Part shown: positions 54,559-62,664 of the stretch, piece after piece | Layout: each line of letters opens with the position of its first letter | How positions within the stretch are numbered: position 1 is the stretch's first letter | Position numbers and translations under genes: made by a program | Notes under the pieces: model-generated | The model's input: only the letters and a program-made list of their open reading frames with translations | What the model was told of the DNA's origin: nothing | The model's database searches: none | Virus record (IMG/VR): IMGVR_UViG_3300018719_000038 | Span: 1-62,664 of that record | DNA: 62,664 nucleotides | Direction: 5' to 3' (one strand) | Source of the DNA: a virus | Lineage: Duplodnaviria > Caudoviricetes

Positions 54559-55941
54559 TTAAAACCCGCTCGCAAACTGCCCCGCAATCTCCGCGCCTTT
54601 CGGCAACTCCCGCAGCACACCGTAATCCATCAGCGCCACGAGCTCGATCACAAGTCCCTCACCACCGTTACGCCCTTTCGCCAGCCCGAGCGCACCATTC
54701 CCATTCGCAGAGTCGAACGAAAATAGATTCGTCGCGATTTCGAGTACGGCCGTCGTTGTCTTCACTCGGTCACGTTTCGGCAGCTTAACCGCACGATGCT
54801 CGCCTTCTTCCGTTTCCTGCCGCTCGGTATGCGCCTGGATCGTAAATATCCCGACGACATCATGCGCGCCGATAATCGTTTCCAAGCGCCGGGCCGCCAT
54901 TTCCGCAGCGCCGCCGGCCGTCTTGTTCGCATTCCGGCCGTAGACGTCGGACAAGCCGTAAAAAGGATCGATCACCACGACGTCGATGTCCGGGCGCATG
55001 TGCAGTTCGCGGTCTAACTCGTCCAGGGAGCGCGTCAGGTTCGCGTCGCCCTTCGCCTGCAGGATCAATTCACCCGGATAGTATTCGTTAAGCCGCGCTA
55101 CTGTTTCGAGCATGAACGGTTCCAGTTCCGCGTCCATCTTGCCGGCGAGCAACGCCTTATTCGGCAGGCCGACGTCCCCGAGTCCGTCCGCTTTAACAGC
55201 GCCGTCCCTTGCGGTGGCGATCGATATGAGCCGCGATAGCCACGAATACCACTTGACTTCGTAGGATTTTACGAGCACGACCGCCCCTTGCCGCAGCAAC
55301 TCGTCCACAAATACCTCGGACAAATACGTCTTGCCGCGTCCCGATTCTGCAAGTATGCCATACGCGTCACCCGAATAGAGCCCACCGATTTCCGCATTAA
55401 GCGTCTCGAACGGCGTTTTCCATAATGTATACGACTCGCCGGCCTTTCGCTTTTGATATTCCGCCTTAAACGCACCCGCGAGCTCCATAAGGGACACGCC
55501 GATATCCCGCTTGACCATCGCTTTAACCTCGATACTCTCGCCGAGTTCGCGGAGGTACCTTCCGAAGTCGGCCGGCGCAAGTTGTGCGAATTTCTCCGCG
55601 AGTTCCGACGGTACCTTTTTTCCACTCTCATCGTCTGTGTATCCATTTATACGGCGCAGGACCTCGCGTTTGGCCGCTGCGGCTTTAAGCTCGCCCGCCA
55701 AATACTCAAACGAATCTGTCACGCCCGGGATATACGTTATGTCCGGACACTCTGCGGTTAGTGTTGCGTAGGATGGGGCGCGGCCGCCGTTTTCCTTCGC
55801 GTAGTTAGTGACGAAATCGAAGGCCTGGCGCTCTCCCTTCGTTTCGAAGTCCTCGCGCGTGATTCCATATTTGGTTAACGCGGATATGTCGCCGGCGTCG
55901 ATTGTCTTAGATATAAATTGTTCGCCGTATACTGGCATCAC
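54559..55941 (-). CDS. dnaB: Replicative DnaB-like helicase
   Basis: AESGRGKT, SYE, VVIDP, KGRNG. Confidence 0.9.
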   Translation of the reverse strand: MMPVYGEQFISKTIDAGDISALTKYGITREDFETKGERQAFDFVTNYAKENGGRAPSYATLTAECPDITYIPGVTDSFEYLAGELKAAAAKREVLRRINGYTDDESGKKVPSELAEKFAQLAPADFGRYLRELGESIEVKAMVKRDIGVSLMELAGAFKAEYQKRKAGESYTLWKTPFETLNAEIGGLYSGDAYGILAESGRGKTYLSEVFVDELLRQGAVVLVKSYEVKWYSWLSRLISIATARDGAVKADGLGDVGLPNKALLAGKMDAELEPFMLETVARLNEYYPGELILQAKGDANLTRSLDELDRELHMRPDIDVVVIDPFYGLSDVYGRNANKTAGGAAEMAARRLETIIGAHDVVGIFTIQAHTERQETEEGEHRAVKLPKRDRVKTTTAVLEIATNLFSFDSANGNGALGLAKGRNGGEGLVIELVALMDYGVLRELPKGAEIAGQFASGF

Positions 55942-56048
55942 ATGTCACCCCCGATTATATGTGTCTCTCTTATAGTGATCAAAGTTCAAATTGGCCGATT
56001 TTTGTAAAACTCCACCACTATTTAAATTAAGTCGACAACTGCCAATTC

Positions 56049-56247
56049 GTATACACTTTGCTGGGTAATATCAATAAATCCATAATTAATTTACGTTTTT
56101 TGTATACTACCCATTGTATACTACCCAAGCCTTGGACCGAGTTAGCGATCTGGTGTACGTACAGTCGTACGACCTAGGCCCATGGGGTCCGGAGAATGTA
56201 TACAAAAATAGAGCTGAAACTGGATTTCTAATAAAAGAATGTATACA
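56049..56247. repeat. GTATAC repeats and abutting palindrome cluster
   Basis: GTATAC x5; tandem TTGTATACTACCCA x2; AGAATGTATACA x2; palindromes 56154-56193. Confidence 0.8.
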
Positions 56248-56303
56248 CCGTTCCTTGTCACTTAATTTAATTCAATCTTTAAATTACGCCCATTTTCTAA
56301 TTC

Positions 56304-57074
56304 TTACGCAGTTTTTCGCAATCCGCGTTTTGATTCACCAACGAACGGAACCACACCGCACATATCCCGCACACGATCCGCCAGCCGACGGTCGAATACT
56401 TGTGCAAGATCATCGATCGGAACATTACTCGTATAAACGGTCGGAAGCCCTTCCGTTACGCGCGCGTTGATAATCGCATGTAGGTCTGCTCGAAATGCTT
56501 CCGAAGCGTCCCGTACGCCGATGTCGTCCAACACCGCAAATGGTGCGGATTGAGCTCCGGTAAGTGCCCGGTAATAACGCGCTGCCGCCGGCTCTGCGAT
56601 ATGGTCCGGCACCCGTGGCCGGTTGAACGCGCTATAGTCCGTCTGCCAGGCGTTCACATCGAGAAAGTAGGCCGGAAGATTCAGCGGTTGCCCGTTCCGT
56701 TGAATCGTTCCGATATAGTGGCGTATGATCCACTCGTTTATGAGCGCGGCTGCTGTCGTTGTCTTGCCGGTGCCGGGAGCGAAGCTAAAGAGATACAGCG
56801 ACTTAATTCGTTCCGTTGGCGCGGTATCGAATTGCCGTGTAAAAGTCCCGACGTATGCCTCTGCGATTTTGTACGCCGCCTCCTGGTCCTTGCGCGCCGG
56901 ACTGTTTGCGAGAGTAAGCCGCCTGTACTCCGCCGGTACGCCAGCCGCGCCGATCCTACCGCCGAGGCCGTCCGCACCATGGCACGCGACATATGACGGG
57001 CAGATTACGTTGCACTTCTCTCCGCCGGCCAGCGTGCAATGTGCGGATAATATGCAGTTGTCTGCGTGATTCAT
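56304..57074 (-). CDS. DnaC/IstB-like AAA+ helicase loader
   Basis: PGTGKT, VLDDIG, TVYTSN, RLADR..F.GESKR. Confidence 0.9.
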   Translation of the reverse strand: MNHADNCILSAHCTLAGGEKCNVICPSYVACHGADGLGGRIGAAGVPAEYRRLTLANSPARKDQEAAYKIAEAYVGTFTRQFDTAPTERIKSLYLFSFAPGTGKTTTAAALINEWIIRHYIGTIQRNGQPLNLPAYFLDVNAWQTDYSAFNRPRVPDHIAEPAAARYYRALTGAQSAPFAVLDDIGVRDASEAFRADLHAIINARVTEGLPTVYTSNVPIDDLAQVFDRRLADRVRDMCGVVPFVGESKRGLRKTA

Positions 57075-57468
57075 TGCGTTCCTCCTTTGTAAATAAGTCT
57101 ACCCCTTACCTGTTCGGCCGTCTATACAAGTTCGATACCTACGAATTGCGGTTGACAAACGCGTTTCTATGGTGTATAGGATTGTCCTTTTTCTTCCTGA
57201 ATTAAGAGTAGCGGAAGAAATCATCAGTTTCCAGACAAAGATTTTGCGAAAATTTTGTTCTTGATTTCTGATTGAAAATATGATATTTAAAATCCCATTA
57301 TTAGGGAAATGTAATTATAGTTGTTAAAATAATACCGTTTATCGATGTGCCCGGTGCAATTTTCTCATTTCTAATTACATTATTAAATTTTTCTAATAGG
57401 CCGATCCTGGATACTAATTTTATTATTTTACCTTAGTTTAGTGGTAGGGGAGAACGATGTGTGGATAT

Positions 57469-57870
57469 CTATAACCAACCTGCCATTTCCTCCGCACTCA
57501 TCGCATCAGTCGTGGTTTCCTCCACCCGGTTCCGGCGCTTCTCCTCCGCTAGCACCTGCGGCATAATCCGCGGCAACATATACGCAATCAGAAAACCGGC
57601 GGTAAGCTGCGGGTACTGCGCTGTCGGCCGGTACTCCGCGAAGGCTCGTTCGATAGTTTCGCGCAGGGCCGCCGCACCGTATTCCGTAAGGGCCCGCTTG
57701 ATTGCGCCCTGTTCGAAACCCCATCCGCGTAAAGGTACGTATTTCTCAACGCCGAACTTTTCCGCGTTTAAATCCTCAACCATGCGGTGTATCGTTCGGA
57801 CATTCCAGTGTTCGAGCGGCAAGTTCCGCCAGTCAGCCCGCTGTTCTGCGGTGATCTTAGGCCGCGCCAT
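57469..57870 (-). CDS. Replication-associated hypothetical protein
   Basis: Directly upstream of DnaC-like gene; helical. Confidence 0.6.
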   Translation of the reverse strand: MARPKITAEQRADWRNLPLEHWNVRTIHRMVEDLNAEKFGVEKYVPLRGWGFEQGAIKRALTEYGAAALRETIERAFAEYRPTAQYPQLTAGFLIAYMLPRIMPQVLAEEKRRNRVEETTTDAMSAEEMAGWL

Positions 57871-58177
57871 CTTCGGTCACCTCCGCTTCGATCTCGTCCA
57901 TAACGTTTAGCATGATGTCATAATCGTTGATGTCCTCGCCACCACCACCGGTAGCATTAGTAACGACGACCTCCCGAAGTTTAGCCCACTTTTTCTCGGC
58001 CGCGATTGCCCGACGGATCGCATACGGCCATCCTTCCGAAGCTTGTTCGAAAAATTGCGTAGACTCTTCCGATAGCGGAAGCGAGGTATAGCCGCCGCCT
58101 TCATCGTAATAAACCTCCGGAACAGCCTCACACAGCGCCAAGTCCGCCGTAAGGTCCCGTTTCGTTTCCGTTGTCAT
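57857..58177 (-). CDS. Hypothetical protein (Ead/Ea22-like)
   Basis: KRDLTADLALCE..F..ASEGWPYAIRRAIAAE. Confidence 0.65.
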   Translation of the reverse strand: MTTETKRDLTADLALCEAVPEVYYDEGGGYTSLPLSEESTQFFEQASEGWPYAIRRAIAAEKKWAKLREVVVTNATGGGGEDINDYDIMLNVMDEIEAEVTEDGAA

Positions 58178-58289
58178 ACCGCTGACACCTCCGATTATAA
58201 TTTGAAAGTTTCACATTGGTAAAACGCCATATTCGGCGATTTCCTACTTTTCATGGCGCATTTGACAGCCAGATTAACCCGTACAAATC

Positions 58290-58347
58290 GGAACTTACCG
58301 GAACTCACTGGAACTTTTAGGGACTTTAAAGGTAGTTAACTGGAACT
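58290..58347. repeat. Phased GGAACT direct repeats
   Basis: GGAACT at 58290, 58300, 58310, GGGACT at 58320, GGAACT at 58342. Confidence 0.75.
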
Positions 58348-58475
58348 AATCAGAACAGAGCGATAACCGCCCTTAAAATTGTTTATCTCTTTAAATCTCT
58401 CCGATTCTTCGTTTTTCTTACTTTTTCATTTTCGCCCCCATTCGACACCGTTCGCGTTTGATTATTATGCTACGC

Positions 58476-58487
58476 GAACATACGTTC
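58476..58487. promoter_or_regulatory. Gram-positive LexA (SOS) box
   Basis: CGAAC-ATAC-GTTC in the intergenic region upstream of the replication genes. Confidence 0.7.
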
Positions 58488-58512
58488 CCTAATACGGACA
58501 ACAACCGGCCAC

Positions 58513-58749
58513 TCACCGGACAAATACGTCGATAACCTTCCGTCCGATCCGGATACGTTCGTTGCCGCCGACCTCTCGCATCAAATCCGGCCGGTTGCGC
58601 CGGACCTCGCCTGTCGATTCCACCGCGCCAATATCGCGTAAAATCCGTGGAATATAGCGCTCGTCCGTCCGGAGGGTAGTGCAACATTCCGGCGCGTCAA
58701 CGTCGCCTATTAGGACGGTAAAATGACGGGAATAGTCCGGAGTCATCAC
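58513..58749 (-). CDS. Hypothetical protein
   Basis: 78 aa with RBS; STGEVRRNRPDL. Confidence 0.6.
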   Translation of the reverse strand: MMTPDYSRHFTVLIGDVDAPECCTTLRTDERYIPRILRDIGAVESTGEVRRNRPDLMREVGGNERIRIGRKVIDVFVR

Positions 58750-58845
58750 TCACGCCCACCCTTTCCGTAGTATTCGAGAATATCGTCAACCGTTTCGAAT
58801 TTCAAAAAATCACCCCTCATATATTTATACGAAAGTTGTGCAAAA

Positions 58846-59292
58846 TCACACGCCCTTCGTCAATTTCGTCGAACCTCCGTCCGATTTAAGGGCGGCAATA
58901 ATCGTCGCGAGACATATCGCTTCTGTCTCCGACTCGGACACGGCATATTCGTGCTCTCCTACGCCGGTTTCCGGATTCCAGCGCGCCCAAACCTCCGCCC
59001 GACACATGTCGCCCATGTACGAAACTTCACCGTATACTCCGTTATGTGTGAGTACCGCCCACGCCCAGCGAATATCCTCCGACGGCCGGAACCAGTCTTG
59101 CGGTCCGGACGAAAGTGTACAGTCGGACTCAATCGCAACGATGCGGCCGTCCGCGTCTTCCCATCCGATATAGCCGCCTCCTGCGCCCGGCCGAGACACT
59201 CTACGCCAACCCATAACGTCGCGTGCAACCCAATCGTCACGTTCTCGCGACGTCATTCCGTCCCATTTTGCGATGATTTCGTCGCGTGTCAT
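58846..59292 (-). CDS. Phage ABA-sandwich-like (BC1872-like) protein
   Basis: RERDDWVARDVMGW..PSEDIRWAWAV..EAICLA. Confidence 0.7.
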   Translation of the reverse strand: MTRDEIIAKWDGMTSRERDDWVARDVMGWRRVSRPGAGGGYIGWEDADGRIVAIESDCTLSSGPQDWFRPSEDIRWAWAVLTHNGVYGEVSYMGDMCRAEVWARWNPETGVGEHEYAVSESETEAICLATIIAALKSDGGSTKLTKGV

Positions 59293-59534
59293 TCCGACGC
59301 CTCCTCATACGCAAGTGATGCCGCAAGTATCGCAGCCGCCTCGTCTTCCTTCTCGATACGCTCGCAACGCCAAGCGTCAATCTCAAACGACGGCTCCGTG
59401 CAGTATCCGCAGTCTAATTCCGCCAATGCGTCGGGCAGACGAAGATATAACTTGCCGTTAATAAAATCCTGCGAAAGACAACGGAACGCCTTCTTGTGAT
59501 CAACCCTTACGAGATATCCGCGATAATCCTCCAT
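59289..59534 (-). CDS. Hypothetical protein
   Basis: 81 aa, coupled to neighbours. Confidence 0.6.
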   Translation of the reverse strand: MEDYRGYLVRVDHKKAFRCLSQDFINGKLYLRLPDALAELDCGYCTEPSFEIDAWRCERIEKEDEAAAILAASLAYEEASE

Positions 59535-59537
59535 CCA

Positions 59538-59720
59538 TTACACCTCCCACGTAATATCGCGCGCCTGAACGTTTTCGAATACGTATGCACCTTCTCCGTA
59601 TTCCTGCTGCGCCCACTCATGCGCCAATTGCCTCGATCCCGAATATACAACGTCCATTATTCGCGTGCCGACGTATATAACGTATGTTCCCGGCGGTAAC
59701 TGCTTACCTACTCGTACCAT
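59538..59720 (-). CDS. Hypothetical protein
   Basis: 60 aa with RBS AAGGAG. Confidence 0.6.
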   Translation of the reverse strand: MVRVGKQLPPGTYVIYVGTRIMDVVYSGSRQLAHEWAQQEYGEGAYVFENVQARDITWEV

Positions 59721-59788
59721 TTTCCCGCTCCTTTTCCGTTAAATTAGCGCCCACTTGCGCAGCCCTACCGAATACCCTCCCCGCAACA

Positions 59789-60145
59789 TTACGAGGCTAG
59801 TTTGACGTCAAAATCACGTAAAGCGCCCGATGATAACGCCGCGACTATACGCTCGGACTCTTCGGCCAGCTGCGCCATAAATTCCGCGAGCGTTTCCGCG
59901 TCTCCCCGGGCCGCCGCCTTAATGCGCACGCTATCGAGAGCAGCCGTAAGTCCGGCCGGTGTATATCCGTAGTAGCCGGCGTCCTCCCATACTTCGCGCG
60001 GCGTCGGATCAATCGTAGGGTCCTTCGCAATCCGCGCCTTCCAGTTCGGGGCCAACGTGGGATCGACCAGCCGCCGCTCCTTTACGATAAATTGCGTTCC
60101 GTCGGTAGTCAGGCGAAAATCTGGCGTTAATGAAATGTTAATCAT
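59789..60145 (-). CDS. Hypothetical protein
   Basis: FRLTTDGTQFIV..W...GYY; ATGA overlap with sigma factor. Confidence 0.7.
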   Translation of the reverse strand: MINISLTPDFRLTTDGTQFIVKERRLVDPTLAPNWKARIAKDPTIDPTPREVWEDAGYYGYTPAGLTAALDSVRIKAAARGDAETLAEFMAQLAEESERIVAALSSGALRDFDVKLAS

Positions 60146-60834
60146 GCGGATACCTCCTCGTATTTTTCATATCGCGCCCGGACGCGTTGTAAAGTGCCTT
60201 GGATGGCCTGGCGCGTTGTTCCTAGCGTTCTGGCGACGTCACTTTGCGTTAGCCCGTCGGTAAGCATCCGGACGACCCGGCATTGCTCCGGCGTGAGGTT
60301 AGCGGTAAACTCGTGGACCTCCGCGCTGGTCAGGTCGTCGGGCCTACCGGGCTCTATCGGGGCCAGCCCGTCGTCATCGTCATAGTCCGGCTTATAGTCA
60401 AGCGATGCGGTATGGCGGATATGCGCGGCGAGTAAAGCGTCTTGTGCGATGTCTACGCGAATACCGAGAGCCTCCGCGACTTTGGCGGCCGGTTGCATAT
60501 CGAGGTCATTGCGCAGAATGGCGACCATCGCGGCATACACGGCCCGAGGTAACCGAAAATTACCGGCCCGCCTGCGACACATATTGCGGATGTAGCCGCT
60601 GATGTAGCGATAGGCGAACGTTGAAAATTCGATTGCGGGATCGTCGTACCGGTTATACGCGAGGATAAGTCCGATAGTGCCTTCGCTGACGACGTCTTCC
60701 TGTTCGAGGCTCGCGGCGGACCATTGCGGAGTCAGCCGTTTGGCTACTGCGCGCACCAGGCGTATATTGTTCGTTAAGAACTCCGCGCGGCTTAGCGGGC
60801 CAAGCAGCGGATTGTCGGGATAATGCGTTGTCAT
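60142..60834 (-). CDS. Sigma-70 family RNA polymerase sigma factor (SigF/SigB-like)
   Basis: NIRLV, EDVVSEGTIGLILAYNRYD, FSTFAYRYISGYI, SLD, TQSDVARTLGTTRQAI. Confidence 0.9.
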   Translation of the reverse strand: MTTHYPDNPLLGPLSRAEFLTNNIRLVRAVAKRLTPQWSAASLEQEDVVSEGTIGLILAYNRYDDPAIEFSTFAYRYISGYIRNMCRRRAGNFRLPRAVYAAMVAILRNDLDMQPAAKVAEALGIRVDIAQDALLAAHIRHTASLDYKPDYDDDDGLAPIEPGRPDDLTSAEVHEFTANLTPEQCRVVRMLTDGLTQSDVARTLGTTRQAIQGTLQRVRARYEKYEEVSA

Positions 60835-61046
60835 CGTGGGGCCTCCGTTTCAATTCGTGAGTTCGCGGCGCTGCGGCCGGTTGCGTTGCCTTCTTCGAAT
60901 ATGCTTACATATTCTTTTGACGCGAAGAAAATCTATCAATGATATATCTCTGTGCGCGTCAGATATTTTTTATAATCAACTGCTCCGCGAGGTTCAATGA
61001 GCGAAGCGAATTTAACCGAAGCGGTAATGTTTTATCTAGTTATTAA

Positions 61047-61122
61047 TGGTTCTTGTTAATACTGGTTCTACTTAGTGTGACGTTGATGTATGTGACATTT
61101 ATGTTTGTGACGCGTACGTCAC
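61047..61122. repeat. Iteron-like repeats (candidate origin)
   Basis: TGTGAC at 61076, 61091, 61106 (15-bp period), inverted GTCAC at 61118; TGGTTCT at 61047, 61063; AT-rich flank. Confidence 0.7.
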
Positions 61123-61538
61123 TAAGAGTCGTTCTTGAAAATGCTAAGCCCGCTAACTGGTAGGATCGTGTATACCGTACTCGCCCACCCCGTCGAATCC
61201 TCGTTACGTCTGCGCTGGACCTTGATTAGCGACCGGTCCTTCCATCGGTATTTTGCAAGCGACCGTATCCGCCTATTTGCCGTTTCGCGCGAAACCCCGA
61301 GACTTTTCGCTATTTGCCACTGCGTCGGATAGCACGTCCCGTCCGCGTTCATAAACGACGCGAGGACGAGTAGTGTCTGCAGGCGCTCCGGGCCTAAATC
61401 CGCAATCATACCGGACCGGACTGCCTCAACGTAAAATTTAACGAATATGCGCGTTTCGGTTGCGCCGGATGTAACGGAGTATTCCGTTTGGGACTCGACG
61501 CTAACTAGGCGTTGCTCGCGTTGTTCCTGCGTATTCAT
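61122..61538 (-). CDS. HTH replication-initiator-like protein
   Basis: LLVLASFMNADGTCYPTQWQIAKSLGVSRETANRRIRSL; ATG at 61538. Confidence 0.8.
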   Translation of the reverse strand: MNTQEQREQRLVSVESQTEYSVTSGATETRIFVKFYVEAVRSGMIADLGPERLQTLLVLASFMNADGTCYPTQWQIAKSLGVSRETANRRIRSLAKYRWKDRSLIKVQRRRNEDSTGWASTVYTILPVSGLSIFKNDS

Positions 61539-61559
61539 ATCTCGCTCCCCCCCCCCTCT

Positions 61560-61595
61560 CACTGACTCTGTTGCCGGTCGATTCAATTTCGCACA
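61560..61595 (-). promoter_or_regulatory. Conserved phage promoter-like motif, copy 3
   Basis: TGTGCG-N13-CGGCAACAGAGTCAGTG upstream of the HTH initiator gene. Confidence 0.75.
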
Positions 61596-61666
61596 ACTTT
61601 TCGCAGGTTTTATTTCGTAGTCACAGAACATACGGACAGCAAATCCGCAAATTGGGACATCGACGC

Positions 61667-61704
61667 AAAAAAAAAAAAGCGCCCACCTCCGAAGAGATGA
61701 GCGC
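61667..61704 (-). terminator. Intrinsic terminator after integrase
   Basis: GCGC..C...G..GCGC hairpin with long U-tail on the minus strand. Confidence 0.7.
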
Positions 61705-61713
61705 AGTTGTTCG

Positions 61714-62664
61714 CTACAATTTCTTTATTCGTTTTTTATCCGAAATCAATCGGTTCAACGGTGACGCCTTTGTGTGGTCCGCCTTCAGATCATCGTCAAG
61801 CAGAGCAACATACCGCTGCGTCATTTTCATGTCCGCGTGACCGAGCGTCCGTTGCAACGCAAAGGCAGACGCGCCACCACGCAAAAACTCCAATGCGAAA
61901 GCATGACGCAAGTCGTACGGCCGAATGTGTACGCCAAGCTTTTTACTGTACAGCTCGATCCGATCGCCCCAGGTGTGTCGCGTCATTCTTCCGCCGTCCC
62001 ACGTACAAAATATCGGCACATCCGGCCCCCACTCCGCAAGCCGTACGGCAAGCACGCGTTTGATCGCTTTTGCGGTATGATCCGAAATCGGCAGCGTCCG
62101 GGATACGCGAGTCTTCGCCACCTTAGCGGTGATGTAAATTTCGCATGCCTGCGGATTGAAATCGACAGGAACGAGTGATAGTGCTTCCTTCGGCCGGATT
62201 CCGGAATCCAGCGTTAGAAGTATAAGCGCATAGTCGCGCAGCCCCGCAAACGTCTTTTGGTCGGGCAGTTCCATCAGCTCACGTAAAATTTCCGCATCGA
62301 TATTAACGACACGACCTTCGTCCTTCCGTTTCTTAATACCCGCGATCGGATTCTCCGATATGTACCCCTCTTTTACGCACCAGTTAAGAAATGTACGCAG
62401 ATAGACAAGGCGGTTATTAAACGTTGGGGGCGCGATATCTTCCTCCGCCAAATGCGCGTACGCCGACTTTTTCAGTTCCTCCGAGCTTGTCCACGCGTTA
62501 GGAAACCGCTTGAAAAAGAGACGAACGTGCTTATCGTAGTCCTCGCGAGTCTGATCGGCCAACCCCTGCGTTTTCTTCCACGTCAGGAAGCCGCCAAGGG
62601 CCTCCGCCCAGCCGCGAAATTGCTCCGGAACCTCATCTGGAATCCTCGTTATTCTCCGTGCCAT
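61714..62664 (-). CDS. int: Tyrosine recombinase / integrase
   Basis: SGIRPKE, KT..SR, PYDLRHAFA, LGHAD..MTQRY. Confidence 0.93.
   Translation of the reverse strand: MARRITRIPDEVPEQFRGWAEALGGFLTWKKTQGLADQTREDYDKHVRLFFKRFPNAWTSSEELKKSAYAHLAEEDIAPPTFNNRLVYLRTFLNWCVKEGYISENPIAGIKKRKDEGRVVNIDAEILRELMELPDQKTFAGLRDYALILLTLDSGIRPKEALSLVPVDFNPQACEIYITAKVAKTRVSRTLPISDHTAKAIKRVLAVRLAEWGPDVPIFCTWDGGRMTRHTWGDRIELYSKKLGVHIRPYDLRHAFALEFLRGGASAFALQRTLGHADMKMTQRYVALLDDDLKADHTKASPLNRLISDKKRIKKL

Larger units (their letters stand above)
1..62664. mobile_element. Temperate contractile-tailed prophage (integrase, replication, packaging, head, tail, lysis modules)
   Basis: Full ordered set of phage modules, almost all on the minus strand; tyrosine integrase at the right edge; att sites not within the window. 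Confidence 0.95.

Noticed and set aside
1-62664. attL/attR, tRNA or rRNA genes
   Set aside because: The window is clipped at CDS ends; no terminal direct repeat or tRNA cloverleaf recognised by eye (tRNAscan not run).

Overview
The whole window reads as one temperate contractile-tailed (PBSX/xkd-like) prophage. The host is a Firmicute, most likely Paenibacillaceae (inferred from the endolysin C-terminal domain, Gram-positive LexA boxes and GGAGG RBSs). The window runs from the ATG of the first ORF to the ATG of the integrase, so no att sites are visible. Almost all genes are on the minus strand. Right to left: tyrosine integrase, HTH initiator-like gene, sigma factors, DnaC/DnaB/primase, SSB-like gene, family A DNA polymerase, RNA ligase, nucleases, dUTPase, dNMP kinase, N6-MTase plus PAPS-reductase-like gene, an accessory/SOS region, RepL-like gene, HNH, terminase, portal, head, tail and lysis. 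Main observations: (1) an ORF-less 216-nt group I intron in the minor capsid gene, with a free-standing LAGLIDADG endonuclease just outside it; (2) a PolA split inside motif 2, with a lipoprotein gene translationally coupled between the halves; (3) a ~350-nt G-U-rich structured leader/ncRNA before the SSB-like gene; (4) repeated use of ATC/ATT/CTG start codons in core genes; (5) a probable type I toxin-antitoxin locus; (6) a three-copy phage-specific promoter motif; (7) a run of abutting palindromes between dnaC and dnaB. Long homopolymers and two single-base frameshifts suggest some sequencing indel errors. All family assignments come from motif recognition by eye, not database searches.
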